Assembly (NCBI GenBank): GCA_016183775.1
Contig: JACPDY010000002.1
Location: 16,060-80,059 of the forward strand
Direction of reading: 5' to 3'
Length of the DNA stretch: 64,000 nucleotides
Source of the DNA: Bacteroidota bacterium
Lineage (GTDB): Bacteria > Bacteroidota > Bacteroidia > JABDFU01
Shown here: piece after piece, positions 40,322 to 51,000 of the stretch
How positions within the stretch are numbered: position 1 is the stretch's first letter
Layout: each line of letters opens with the position of its first letter
Notes under the pieces: generated by a model
Databases searched by the model: none
The model's input: the letters and a program-made list of their open reading frames with translations, nothing else
What the model was told of the DNA's origin: nothing
Position numbers and translations under genes: made by a program

Positions 40322-42027
40322 AAAAAATAGTATCCCTTTTTGTTTTTAAGTTCTTCGAAAAAGTAATCAAAGCTCCCGCGCGACAGTTCTATTTTTTTGT
40401 ATAACTCCTCGATTTCGCTTTGATAATTTTCCTCAATTGCTTTTCTTCTTATTTTTAAGCCGGCTGTAAGTTCTGCTTTTTCAATGGAAAAGCTATTTTC
40501 TAAAATAATTCCGCCTCTTATTTTTTCGTAAGAGCTGCGGTTTAAATTAGTTTTTTGAATTGAATGAACGGTATCATCTACAATGGTACGAATATTTTTA
40601 TCCTTACTGCTTTCTTTGTTAATTGTAACCAGGCAAGCCAGGCAGGGCCTGTTTGCGCCAACCAGTACTACCTGGTTTAAAAACGGACTGGCCATTAACT
40701 GCTCACCAATTGCTCCGATTGAGATCTTGCGTCCTGTGGACATTTTGATCAGATCATTTTTTCTTCCGGTAAGAAATAAAAAACCTTGTTTATCAAAATA
40801 ACCAAGGTCTCCTGTAGGGAAAAATCCATCATCACTAAAATGGGTTTTTGTGTCTTTGTCAATATACCCATTAAAGAGTCCAGGGCCTTTTATGAAAATT
40901 TCTCCGTCAGCTGCAATTTTTACCTGGTTAGGAAGCAATGGTTTTCCAACACTCCCCAATTTATATTCTTTGGGTCGATTTAATGCAATTGGAAGCACAT
41001 TCTCACTCATCCCGTAAGCTTCTATAAGAGGGATGCCAATGGATTCAAAAAAAGTTAATACCTCTAATCGGCATGGGGCGGAGCCTGTAAGCATATACTG
41101 CATCTTTCCACCGAAAATAGCGGCTATTTTTTTTAACAATAAGGTATAAACAGGTTTGTAAAAAACATTGCTTTTTTTAATCCTTAAAAGCCGGTTAAGC
41201 AAAAGCCTGATTGAGAACGGTTGGGAATTCATTTTCTGTTTTACCGAGGCGTACACCTTTTCATACAATAATGGTACACCAATTAATACGGTAGGTTGAA
41301 TTGTTGGTAAAACATTAATTATGTCCTTTGGATTAGTAACAAAGTAAATGGAAGCATTCGTGATAAGCGCACAAAGATTAACCATTCGTTGAAAAAGACT
41401 TGCCAATGGCAGCCAGCAAATTGTTCGTCCATTTTCCTGGGCAAATGCGATAGAAAGCGTTTGAGCCGCCTGTATAAGTTGCCTGTGTGTGTATGCAATT
41501 CCCTTTTGTTTGCCTGTACTCCCGGAGGTGAAAATGATGGTAGCCACTGTATCTGCTGATACAATGGGCCAAACAGTTCTTTGGGTAACAGGCAAATCCA
41601 CCCAGGTATTTTGATCTATATTGTAAAAAACATCTTTTGATATATTAAATTGTTCCTGAAGCGTTACAGCTGTTTTTTTGTCCTCAATAATAACTAATTG
41701 AGGGGATACCTGTTTAATTATTTCATTCATGGAATCGGGCCGGGCATGCGTTTCAATACCGACAATGGTTGCGCCAATCAGTAAACAGGCTTTTTCAAAT
41801 AAATCCCATTGAATGGAAGTCGGTAAAATAATTACTACCCGATCTTCAGTTTTAATGTTTAACGCTAATAAAAGTTCCGCCGCGCTTTTTATTTTTTCAT
41901 AATAGGCAGTCCAGTTAAGATCCGACCAAACCCCTACTTCCGCGTTTTTATACATTGCAACTTTCTTTGCTGGAAAGCGCTGCACCTGTTCAGTTAAAAA
42001 CTCCGGAATAGTTAATATGCTTTCCAT
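40312..42027 (-). CDS. acyl-AMP/acyl-CoA ligase (AMP-dependent synthetase family)
   Basis: AMP-binding motif IIFTSGSTGKQKGIAY and GDLGYFDKQGFLFLTGRKNDLIK (A8-like). Start chosen at MESILTIPEF (42027) because that Met and 21 bp upstream are what was duplicated at 44371..44562; the ORF extends to 42111. Confidence 0.7.
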   Translation of the reverse strand: MESILTIPEFLTEQVQRFPAKKVAMYKNAEVGVWSDLNWTAYYEKIKSAAELLLALNIKTEDRVVIILPTSIQWDLFEKACLLIGATIVGIETHARPDSMNEIIKQVSPQLVIIEDKKTAVTLQEQFNISKDVFYNIDQNTWVDLPVTQRTVWPIVSADTVATIIFTSGSTGKQKGIAYTHRQLIQAAQTLSIAFAQENGRTICWLPLASLFQRMVNLCALITNASIYFVTNPKDIINVLPTIQPTVLIGVPLLYEKVYASVKQKMNSQPFSIRLLLNRLLRIKKSNVFYKPVYTLLLKKIAAIFGGKMQYMLTGSAPCRLEVLTFFESIGIPLIEAYGMSENVLPIALNRPKEYKLGSVGKPLLPNQVKIAADGEIFIKGPGLFNGYIDKDTKTHFSDDGFFPTGDLGYFDKQGFLFLTGRKNDLIKMSTGRKISIGAIGEQLMASPFLNQVVLVGANRPCLACLVTINKESSKDKNIRTIVDDTVHSIQKTNLNRSSYEKIRGGIILENSFSIEKAELTAGLKIRRKAIEENYQSEIEELYKKIELSRGSFDYFFEELKNKKGYYFLCH

Positions 42028-42048
42028 GATGTTGAAATTTTTATTTAG
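41857..42048. repeat. 192-bp direct repeat, copy A (5' end plus RBS of the acyl-AMP ligase gene)
   Basis: About 93% identical to 44371..44562. Confidence 0.8.
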
Positions 42049-42079
42049 AATTAGTTTCCTGTTGTTTTTTATTAAAAAT

Positions 42080-42751
42080 TTATTTGTTGATGATAATTTT
42101 TTTTGCCTCAAGTATGTATTCGGGACAGATAGATAGCGGGATTAATTGAATAAAATAAATTCCGGTTTGTTGGTTGCTTAAATCAAGCCCTGTTTTTTCT
42201 CCGATAATTTTAGTTTTAAAAATAATTTGTCCCAGAACATCCGTAATAATCACATTACTATTTTGTTCTGCTCCCTCAATAATGAATGTTCCTGTGCCTG
42301 GGGTGGGGTAAATAGTAAATTCTGTAATTCTATTGCAACTAACCGCCACTAAATTAAAATAGTTATACTGCCCGTTAAAGTCGGTTTGTTTTAAACGGTA
42401 GTACGAAGTTCCATTCAATGGTTCATTATGGGCAAAAGTATAAGACATGGTTTGGCTGCTGTTGCCAGTACCATCAATGATGCCAATAATTTCAAAGTTA
42501 ACACCATCTATAGTTCGTTCAATGGTAAAATAATCGTTATTTATTTCTGATGCCGTTGCCCACATTAAATTTACTTTTCGGTTATTGCATTTCGCTTCAA
42601 ACGAAAGTAACCCAATTGGTAAAGGCACTTCACTACCCACAGAGCCAACACAACTAAACGAAAAGCCATCATCGTTTCCTACCGAATAAATTTGGGAAAA
42701 GGTATTTGAAAAACATCCCATTAATACAAAAAACAATAGATTTACTCTCAT
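42080..42751 (-). CDS. small secreted protein with fn3-like domain and T9SS type-A C-terminal sorting domain
   Basis: Signal peptide MRVNLLFFVLMGCFSNTFSQ (start 42751); C-terminus ...TEFTIYPTPGTGTFIIE...ITDVLGQII...GIYFIQL = Por_Secre_tail; internal LPIGLLSFEAK...NNDYFTIERT...YYRLKQTD domain shared with 51139..53045. Confidence 0.65.
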   Translation of the reverse strand: MRVNLLFFVLMGCFSNTFSQIYSVGNDDGFSFSCVGSVGSEVPLPIGLLSFEAKCNNRKVNLMWATASEINNDYFTIERTIDGVNFEIIGIIDGTGNSSQTMSYTFAHNEPLNGTSYYRLKQTDFNGQYNYFNLVAVSCNRITEFTIYPTPGTGTFIIEGAEQNSNVIITDVLGQIIFKTKIIGEKTGLDLSNQQTGIYFIQLIPLSICPEYILEAKKIIINK

Positions 42752-42789
42752 GATTTTAATTGGTTGATAAATAATAAAAACAACCCCGG

Positions 42790-44541
42790 CTAAGGCGCCA
42801 CACGAACACCACGACAACCGAAAACGTTGGAACGACTGAGGTTTGTGAGAGCTCCGAAGTAGCGGTCGGACACACGCAGGTAACTTGTAGCAGTGCTATA
42901 ATTACCGCCACGCATGTCAGTGCCTATGGCATCGGTACCTGGCCAGTTACTTGCATCGGCATTGCCCGATGCGCTTATTATACCATTGCCATGGATGCCT
43001 GTAAAAGCCCTGCCTGTGGCATTGCCAACCGTTACACAGCGTTTCCACAAGTTGCCGCTGAGTTCCATAATGCCGTAATAACTTGCTCCTACACCTACTC
43101 GTGTATTTACTCCTTGCCCGAAATTGCCTACCCGCATAGGTCCTTGTACACTTGCATGAAAGCCATAATCACAGTTGGCAGCTCCATTACTGGAAGTTTC
43201 GTTGGTTAAGCCGGCATTGCTAATGCCTGTTGCTTGTGTAACAGATGCGCTGCCCCATGCGTATTCATTTGCAACAGTGGCAAGTGTGCCTCTGGCGGCT
43301 TTTTCGTATTCCAATTCGGTCATAGGGCGCAGAGCTGTCCAGTCCAAATAAGCGGCAAGGTCTGCCCAACTTAAATAATTGCAGGCAATGCTTTGCCCGT
43401 CATTAGTTTCATCGCCAGTGCCATCACCATCAAGATCGCAATAAAAGGTAATAGGATCAGATGTATGTATTGTTGCATCACAACGAATTCCATTACGATA
43501 TTGCAAAGTCGAATTATTGGACATAACATACCTGTTTGTAACAGCGGTAGTTCCGGGGGCAAGGCCAGTAGCTGTCCTGGTATTTTGTTGGTCGCGTGTT
43601 AATTTGTTTAAAAATGCCACATATTGTGCTTGTGTAATTTCGTATTTCATACAGTAAAAGGCGTTATAACCCTTGGGGAATGCTGCAGGGATAGGTCCTG
43701 TTTGGTCGCCAGAGGAAGTAGATGGATTTGGGTAGTAGAGGTTGCCTGCGGTAGTACCTACGGTAATGGCTCCCTCGCTAGTTATTTGGTAAGGATTGGT
43801 AGTAGTGGGGTAAGTATAAAATGCTCCGCTTTCTGTACCGCCACTACCTACATAAAAACTTGCTTGCGGCACATATACCATTTCTATGGCAAATACGCAT
43901 AGTTCTACTTTATCGACGTCTATTAATCCATCTACACCGTAATTCCAACGAAGTTGTGTTCCGGTATAACTTACACTACCCTGTGCCATATCGGCATTAC
44001 GATATATAAAAATGCCATACGCACCATTGGCACCATTGTCGTTACTGGTGGTTATATTGCTGTTGGGGGGGGGGGTATGTCCATCTCCGCTGCCTGTGCC
44101 ATCCGCCCAATTTAAGGTAGCGTGGTTCCAGGTGGTTTCTCCTTCTAAACGGTATTTTACAAATACCCAGGCGGCATCCCAATTAGAGGTACCTGAAGAG
44201 GTGCGCCAAGAGTTGTCCCAACTGATATCAAACTGCACGTGGGTATAATCCGAAATGGTATTTTGACCGGTTAAGCGTACATTAGCCACATTGATATTGT
44301 TGGAAAAGCAATATTGAGGCACCGAAACTATAAGTATTACAGTTATACCAAACCAAAATGATAATAAAATGTTTAACGATAATAAAAGCTCCGCCGCGCT
44401 TTTTAGTTTTTCATAATAGGCAGTCCAATTAAGATCCCACCAAACCGCTACTTCCGCGTTTTTATACATCGCAACTTTCTTTGCTGGAAAGCGCTGCACC
44501 TGTTCAGTTAAAAACTCCGGAATAGTTAATATGCTTTCCAT
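42790..44541 (-). CDS. FGE-sulfatase (SUMF1/GldJ/GldK/PorK-like) domain protein with chimeric N-terminus copied from the acyl-AMP ligase
   Basis: FGE-domain motifs EMVYVPQASFYVGS, YCMKYEITQAQYVAFL, SWADLAAYLDWTALRPMTELEYEKAARG, GNLWKRCV, RGGNYSTATSYLRVSDR; first 57 aa (MESILTIPEF...AELLLSLNI) are ~95% identical to the ligase N-terminus because of the 192-bp duplication. Confidence 0.65.
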   Translation of the reverse strand: MESILTIPEFLTEQVQRFPAKKVAMYKNAEVAVWWDLNWTAYYEKLKSAAELLLSLNILLSFWFGITVILIVSVPQYCFSNNINVANVRLTGQNTISDYTHVQFDISWDNSWRTSSGTSNWDAAWVFVKYRLEGETTWNHATLNWADGTGSGDGHTPPPNSNITTSNDNGANGAYGIFIYRNADMAQGSVSYTGTQLRWNYGVDGLIDVDKVELCVFAIEMVYVPQASFYVGSGGTESGAFYTYPTTTNPYQITSEGAITVGTTAGNLYYPNPSTSSGDQTGPIPAAFPKGYNAFYCMKYEITQAQYVAFLNKLTRDQQNTRTATGLAPGTTAVTNRYVMSNNSTLQYRNGIRCDATIHTSDPITFYCDLDGDGTGDETNDGQSIACNYLSWADLAAYLDWTALRPMTELEYEKAARGTLATVANEYAWGSASVTQATGISNAGLTNETSSNGAANCDYGFHASVQGPMRVGNFGQGVNTRVGVGASYYGIMELSGNLWKRCVTVGNATGRAFTGIHGNGIISASGNADASNWPGTDAIGTDMRGGNYSTATSYLRVSDRYFGALTNLSRSNVFGCRGVRVAP

Positions 44542-44562
44542 GATGTTAGGATTTTTATTTAG
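44371..44562. repeat. 192-bp direct repeat, copy B (provides start codon and RBS for the FGE-like gene)
   Basis: About 93% identical to 41857..42048. Confidence 0.8.
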
Positions 44563-45661
44563 TACTAACCATACTGGTGTGACTATTGACTACAGAAACA
44601 GGTGGATCATAAGCCCCTTTTGGCAAAGTGATCTTTAGTTGATCAGGTTTAAGGGTAAGCCACTCCATAGATTTAGTGACAAACTGTCCCATAAAAATTT
44701 TATTTTTTATCATAAAATCAACAAACGGCGCCATAAACTTCCAATAAGTAAGGCTTGCTTTTCCTTCACGTATAAGCGCTGAAAATTCAGGGATATAGGG
44801 ATTATACCCGAAATGCGCGAGGTCTGAATACATCAGGAGCCATTGAATCGGATAGTTGCTGAAAATCGGACTCGCGTGTTTTGAATTTTTAACAAGGCCG
44901 AGCTCAACAACCTTTTTCATTACTTCCTCCTGATTATAGTTCCATGCATGGAAGGGCGCAATGTATCTTGGAAATATGGTACCCTCTGGATAGCGATGGG
45001 GGTTCCAAAAGCGGGAAAGTTCCTGCTCAGTAAATTCTCCGCATGCTTTTAAATGTGGAGGTGTCCAATCTGTATCAGCGATAAGCTCTTTGGAAAATTC
45101 ATAGATCATACGTTCAGGTTCAGGTTGGCCCGGAGAATAGCCTGCAAAAACCAAAGGAATTTTTTTATCCGTTGCTAATTGAAGCGCATCACCTTCAAAG
45201 AGTGGAGCATAAACATACGACAGTGAATATACGGCCCCCCTTTGTTCCTGGTGCCGCAAAATGTAACTGAACAGCTTTCTGTAGAATGCGTCGCTAGGAC
45301 GGTAAACCAGATGATCGATTTCAAGTTTAGCTATTGTTCGTTTTATATTATCCCATGCAATAGCAGGTATATTTATATCCGTTGTGAAGGCTAAAATTTT
45401 CAGCCCATACTCCACCTTTAAACGATAAAGCAGGTAAAGACTGTCTTTCCCTCCGCTAAGACAAACAACAGCATCATACTCCGCTTTACCTTTGCTGTTT
45501 CGGATGGTTTCTTCCAGATCATTTTCAAATTGAGCCCTGTTTTTATCCCAGGGAGCCAGGTGTGATTGCTTAGGGGCAAAACAATATTCACACACATTAT
45601 CAGCGTTTATGTTGGACCCTGGAACGGATTCCGGCAGCAGACATTTTTTACAGTGGCGCAT
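44555..45661 (-). CDS. PP-loop ATP-pyrophosphatase family protein with N-terminal zinc ribbon (N-acetyl sugar amidotransferase/WbuX-like)
   Basis: CKKCLLPESVPG...CEYC zinc ribbon, then PP-loop VVCLSGGKDSLYLL; ~370 aa as in that family. Confidence 0.5.
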   Translation of the reverse strand: MRHCKKCLLPESVPGSNINADNVCEYCFAPKQSHLAPWDKNRAQFENDLEETIRNSKGKAEYDAVVCLSGGKDSLYLLYRLKVEYGLKILAFTTDINIPAIAWDNIKRTIAKLEIDHLVYRPSDAFYRKLFSYILRHQEQRGAVYSLSYVYAPLFEGDALQLATDKKIPLVFAGYSPGQPEPERMIYEFSKELIADTDWTPPHLKACGEFTEQELSRFWNPHRYPEGTIFPRYIAPFHAWNYNQEEVMKKVVELGLVKNSKHASPIFSNYPIQWLLMYSDLAHFGYNPYIPEFSALIREGKASLTYWKFMAPFVDFMIKNKIFMGQFVTKSMEWLTLKPDQLKITLPKGAYDPPVSVVNSHTSMVSTK

Positions 45662-45702
45662 AAAATTGTTTCGTTAAGATTGTGAGATGAATTGATTTCG
45701 CA

Positions 45703-46323
45703 TTACTCATAATACCCTTTAATACCAAATCGCCGGGCCATTTTTTTCACCTCTAACATCATCGGCGCGATGTAATTTCCTATATGCTCATTGTATTTTA
45801 TTTCGCCTACCAGTATCGCTCCCAAGCGTTCCATTGTTGGCTGCAGTTTATAATTTACCGGAAAAAACGCGTAATCTACCTTGCGATCATTACCTACTTT
45901 AAGCGCTTCTTTTATCAGGGAATATAAAAGTTTTACGCTGCAATTTGGCTTATTTATGGCCAACATACCTACACCCGCAAATCTGCCCTGAAGCTTGGAA
46001 CGTAATTTTTTATACTCTTCATGATACTGATCGCAGGGCAATTCCTGTCCGGGATTTTCAATGATTGTTGTACGTATTGTTCCGATGTATTTTTCACCAT
46101 TACTTGCCAGCAAGTTCACTGTTCCTTTATGTGTATCGAACTTGTCGTTTAACTTTTCATCCGAAAAATTTGCCTTATTAAATTTTTTATCATCCTCAAC
46201 AAATACTTTATACCGTAACCGATAAACTACATCTAACTGATGTGTTGTTACCGCCTCCTGAACTCTGTAGTTTGGCACATTAGGGTTTGCGGCTATTAGT
46301 GCTTCTTGTTCTTCTGTTTTCAT
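45703..46323 (-). CDS. GNAT-fold acyltransferase, N-acyl amino acid synthase / autoinducer-synthase-like
   Basis: YRLRYKVFVEDD motif typical of LuxI/FeeM/exosortase-associated NAS families; ~200 aa; first gene of the co-directional operon. Confidence 0.4.
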   Translation of the reverse strand: MKTEEQEALIAANPNVPNYRVQEAVTTHQLDVVYRLRYKVFVEDDKKFNKANFSDEKLNDKFDTHKGTVNLLASNGEKYIGTIRTTIIENPGQELPCDQYHEEYKKLRSKLQGRFAGVGMLAINKPNCSVKLLYSLIKEALKVGNDRKVDYAFFPVNYKLQPTMERLGAILVGEIKYNEHIGNYIAPMMLEVKKMARRFGIKGYYE

Positions 46324-46513
46324 GTGTCTGATGATTAGGTTTCTGTCTGTTTGCTTTATTTAAAAGTATTTCAATAGAATCCGGATTCATAAACATATAT
46401 TTGTATTAATTTTGTTAGTAAAAGCATAATAATTTTTCAATTGACTGATTATCAAATATTTAATAATATATTAATGCTGTTAGTAAAGAGGTAAAAATTT
46501 AAATATTACACCT

Positions 46514-48070
46514 GTGAAAACCTACTCTTCCGAATTGCACGATCTTGTAAAATCTCTTAGCACGCAGGAGAAAAAGCGTATCAGGAAAGAAATGTCCCTT
46601 ACTAACAAGAATAAAAAAATAGTACTGCTATATGATATTATTGATAAACAAAATTTTTTTGATGAAGCTTTAATTCAAAAAAAATTAGGAAACCCCAAAT
46701 GGTATCCGGGTCTCAAAAAATACTTGCTCGAATACCTCACGGATAAAATATATTGCGGTAATTCCGATAAGAAAAGCAAAACCTATTTACTTAAATTAAT
46801 AACCATCGCAGAACAGTTTCACACAAAAGGATTAATTAAAGCGACCAAAAAAAAATTGATCCAGGCATTGGATCTATGCAAAGAAAATAGTTGGATAGAA
46901 TATGCGCCCATTATTAATTCTAAACTGGATAATATTATCGGAGAAAAAGCAGAGCAAAGGAAAAGTTACACTTTTTATACGGAGTCTTACCGGGCGTTAA
47001 ATCAGGCGTATTTAGAAAAAAAATATTCCATTTTATTCCGTTGCTTGGAGCATTCGGATAAGACAATACAGGCACCGGAATTTATGGCCGGCTTAAGCAT
47101 CGATGAATGTTTATCCGACGAAAAGCACCTGACAACTTTTCATCAGAAATTACACTATTATCAATTTTTAAGTGCATATTATAGACACATCGAACTAAAT
47201 TATTCTCAAAGTTATTTTTACGCTAAAAAAAGCATGGAAGTAATTCTTAAAAAAAATAAGGAAGAGGAAAATATGGAACCCTTCTCTCAGACACAACAAA
47301 ATGCCAGGGAAAGAAGTAATATGGTACAAATCTATAACCTGATCGCAGGTGCAATAAACGCAAATTTTCTTGATGATCTTTATACCCTCTTTAAATCTTA
47401 CGTTTTACTTCGAAGAAAGTTTAATATACGAAAGGGCCATATTCTTCATAAACTATACAATGAACTTTATCAATCTCTTTGTTTCCTTATTTCAGCTGTA
47501 AATATTACAAGGAGAGGGGTTGAGTCCCCGGATTTTCATTCCCACCTTCATCAATTTTATCTGATCGAAAAAAAATTACCTTACAACATATTAGTTGTTT
47601 GCAATGAAATGATATCCTTTTATTTTTTTATGAAAAGAGACTGGAATAATTGCACTTCCACCATTAACAAAATATTAAATGACAATGAGTTATACAAAAT
47701 TTATCCTGAAACATATGCCAATATGCTGCTTCTCCGGTTATTTGTAAATTATGAAACGGATGATCTGGATGTTCTAGATTATAACTTAAAAAGAACAGAG
47801 CGATATTTCGAAAAACATTATTCCGCACTGGGGTATGAAAAAATAGTCATAGCATTCTTTAATGAAATCGTCAATGATTTTTCAGGCAGAATAAAAACGA
47901 TGCAAAAATACATGGACAAAATAAATGAACTACTTTTAAATGATAGAAATTTTTCTTTTACCTATTTAACTGAAAAAATATTTATTGATTTTAAATGCTG
48001 GCTGGATTCAAAAATCACCAACAGGATGTTCACAGAGATTTTAAAAGAAAAAAAAAGAAATAAGAATTGA
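46514..48070 (+). CDS. ~517-aa family protein B (paralog of 33055..34611)
   Basis: MKTYSSELHDLVKSLSTQEKKRIRKEMS...; collinear similarity over the full length; stop is 8 bp from the stop of the convergent giant gene 48079..51138. Confidence 0.6.
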   Translation: MKTYSSELHDLVKSLSTQEKKRIRKEMSLTNKNKKIVLLYDIIDKQNFFDEALIQKKLGNPKWYPGLKKYLLEYLTDKIYCGNSDKKSKTYLLKLITIAEQFHTKGLIKATKKKLIQALDLCKENSWIEYAPIINSKLDNIIGEKAEQRKSYTFYTESYRALNQAYLEKKYSILFRCLEHSDKTIQAPEFMAGLSIDECLSDEKHLTTFHQKLHYYQFLSAYYRHIELNYSQSYFYAKKSMEVILKKNKEEENMEPFSQTQQNARERSNMVQIYNLIAGAINANFLDDLYTLFKSYVLLRRKFNIRKGHILHKLYNELYQSLCFLISAVNITRRGVESPDFHSHLHQFYLIEKKLPYNILVVCNEMISFYFFMKRDWNNCTSTINKILNDNELYKIYPETYANMLLLRLFVNYETDDLDVLDYNLKRTERYFEKHYSALGYEKIVIAFFNEIVNDFSGRIKTMQKYMDKINELLLNDRNFSFTYLTEKIFIDFKCWLDSKITNRMFTEILKEKKRNKN

Positions 48071-48078
48071 AAATTGCA

Positions 48079-51000
48079 TCAGGGTACTGCAAGATCAATA
48101 TTTATGTTACAGCCGGTTTTATCTTTAATATTTATAGTATAAGCACCCGGGCACAGCTGATTTTTGTATCTCCTGGCAGATCCATCCGGCCATAAATAAG
48201 TGTATGGGCTTGTGCCGCCTGCGGCAGTTACCATTATCCACTCTTTACAGCCGCAGGTGGTGCAACTGGCGGTGCCTTTGGTAAATTGGCCTGTTAAAGC
48301 AGGTAGTGAAATTATTGCAGCGGTAGAACTTGCGGTGCAGCCTTTTGAATCAGTTACGGTTACTGTATAGTTGCCCGTAGTAAGCCCAGTGGCTGTTTGC
48401 GCGGTTTGTCCGTTATTCCAGAAATAGGTATAAGCTGCAGTACCATTTGTGGCTGTTATAGTGGCGCTACCCAATCCAGAACAGTTGGCATTTTGATTAC
48501 TTATTAAGTTTAAACTTCCGGCACTTCCTGTGAGACTATAATAAATGGTATCTCTGTTGCATGTCGCATCAGTTACTTCTACCCAATAAGGGCCAGGACA
48601 CAGGTTTGTTATAGTATTTGCAGCACTTGAACTGTTGATCGTATTATTACCATTACTCCATATGTAATTTAATGGCAGAGCTCCACAATTTGTTACGGTT
48701 ACTGTTGCGGTGCCATCACAGGCACAGGACGATATATTAACCTGCGTAGATGTATAAGTAGGTAAAACGGGGGTAAATTTCAAAATGAAAGAATCGTCAA
48801 GTCCATTCGGTGTGTTATCGAAATACGCCGATCCTCCGGGATTAAACAATGGTAACGCTGTACCTGAAGTATAATTCAAAAATTCCCCAGCCAGAAATAA
48901 ATTTCGATCATTATCAATTGTAAGAGAATAACGCAAATCTTCACCATTGCTTCCGATGTATGATGCCCATAATAGCTGCCCATTACTTGTAAATTTTGTA
49001 ATGAATATATCGAATGGAGGAGGAGACCCTGTTCCTGCTCCAAAAATGCCATCAAAATAAGTTCCGCAACCAGGATTTAGTGTAGTAATGTCTGTAGATC
49101 TGGTGTCAAATGAAACATATAAATTACCACAATTATCCGTTTGAATATTGTCGAATGTTTCATAAAAGGCTCGGATTTCATCGTTGCTCCCTCCATAATA
49201 GGTGGCCCATTGACGAATGCCGGCATTATCGAATTTTAAAATAAAAACATCTTGTGTACCACCTAATGCACCATCAAAATAAGTTCCTGCATTTTGAGTT
49301 GGAAAATCCGAAGATTTTGTAACTCCCATTAAAAACATATTACCGGATACATCTATGGTAATGGAATGACCTTCATCACTATTACTTCCTCCATAGAAAG
49401 TCGCCCATTCCCTAATTCCGGCATTTGAAAACCTAAGAATAAATGCATCTCCAAATCCTCCTCCTCCAAATACAGCATCCAAATAGGCGCCAAGGAATGG
49501 TCCTGTTCCGGCCTGGATAGGAAAATCGGTTGAACTTGTAATTCCCGTTATATAAATATTTCCTGAAGCATTGGTTTTTATTGAATAGCCATTGTCAGCA
49601 CCACTTCCTCCATAATAGGTAGCCCAATCGCAGTTACCGGTAGCTGAAAAACGAAGAACAAATCCATCCTGTGCTCCTCCTAATGCCGAATTAAAATAAG
49701 CGCCTCCCCATGACTGTACAGGAAAATCAATTGATCGGGTGCTCCCGGTAATATATATGTTCCCTAAAACATCACTATCTATTGAGTATCCATTATCAAA
49801 ATTATTTCCACCGTATAAAGTGGCCCAATCCCTGGCTCCTGTATTGGAAAACCTAAGAATAAACACATCACTTCCTGATGAGCCTAAAACATTATCAAAA
49901 TAAGCAGAACCCCATGCCTGGGCAGGAAAATCGAATGAAGCGCTATATCCGGCAACATAGATATTTCCTGAAATATCAATTTCTATAGATATTGCATAAT
50001 CAGAGTTACTCCCTCCGTAATAAGTTGCCCAATTTAAAATTCCCGAATTCGAAAAGTTGACAATAAAAGCATCAGTTGGCGATCCTGATACTCCTTGGAA
50101 ATATGCACTACCCGATGATTGTGTTGGAAAGTTTGTTGAAGTCGTGTACCCAGCAACATATATGTTTCCACTTGCATCACAATCCATACTCATTATACCA
50201 TCTGCTGAGTTTCCACCAATAAGTGTACCCCAGGTTAATTGCGGATCAATTATTAATGTAGAAAGATGATTTAATGATGAAGTAATAAAGGAAAAGGTAA
50301 TAGTAGTTTGGTAATAATCATCGCACTGTTTGGTACTTGTTAATTGAAACTTGCTTGCTACTTCCTGATCGGTTTCCTGGATATAACTATAAGGGGCATT
50401 TTCAGTTAGTGTACCTCTATCGGTTTTAAGTTTTATTTCACCATGGTTGTTTAATTTCAATTGGTTTAGTGATGAGTAAACAAGTTGTATCTGGTTAGGA
50501 TCGGCCCCGGGATGAACAATAAAATCGTACTTAAATCCTTTATCACTGGAATTATATAATACCCAGTCTATTCCCGGATAAATTTTCCGGATGACAATTT
50601 TGTCAAATTGCTTTACTCCGTAAATACCTTCGGGACAATGCCCGTAGAAATAATTATAGTCGCTTGTAGAAGGATTTTCTTTACAGACATTTTCCTTTTT
50701 TATACTTGCGTCTTTCAGTTCCATATCCACCCGCTCCCATTTGAAAATGATATTTTCATCACTCTCCGTAAACATCTTTACTTTGTTTTCCCTTTCAGTT
50801 TGTTCGTCTTCCTTTTCTTCTGCCTGAAGAAAAGTATAGGTGATTCCCCTTTCGGTTATATACATATCCAGACCAGGTACTTCTGCTTTAAACAATACAA
50901 AAGGCACAGGATTCCCTTCCATGTCTGTCATTTGGCCTTTGTTTTCCAAAAATTTAACCGATTGATTCTGCATCCAATGCCGGATTTGTTCTTTAGAATC

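Noticed and set aside
40312-42111. Longer 599-aa version of the acyl-AMP ligase starting at 42111.
   Set aside because: The duplicated copy at 44371..44562 begins exactly 21 bp upstream of the internal Met (MESILTIPEF), and that Met serves as the start of the chimeric gene. The 28-codon extension would also overlap the 3' end of the upstream T9SS cargo gene.
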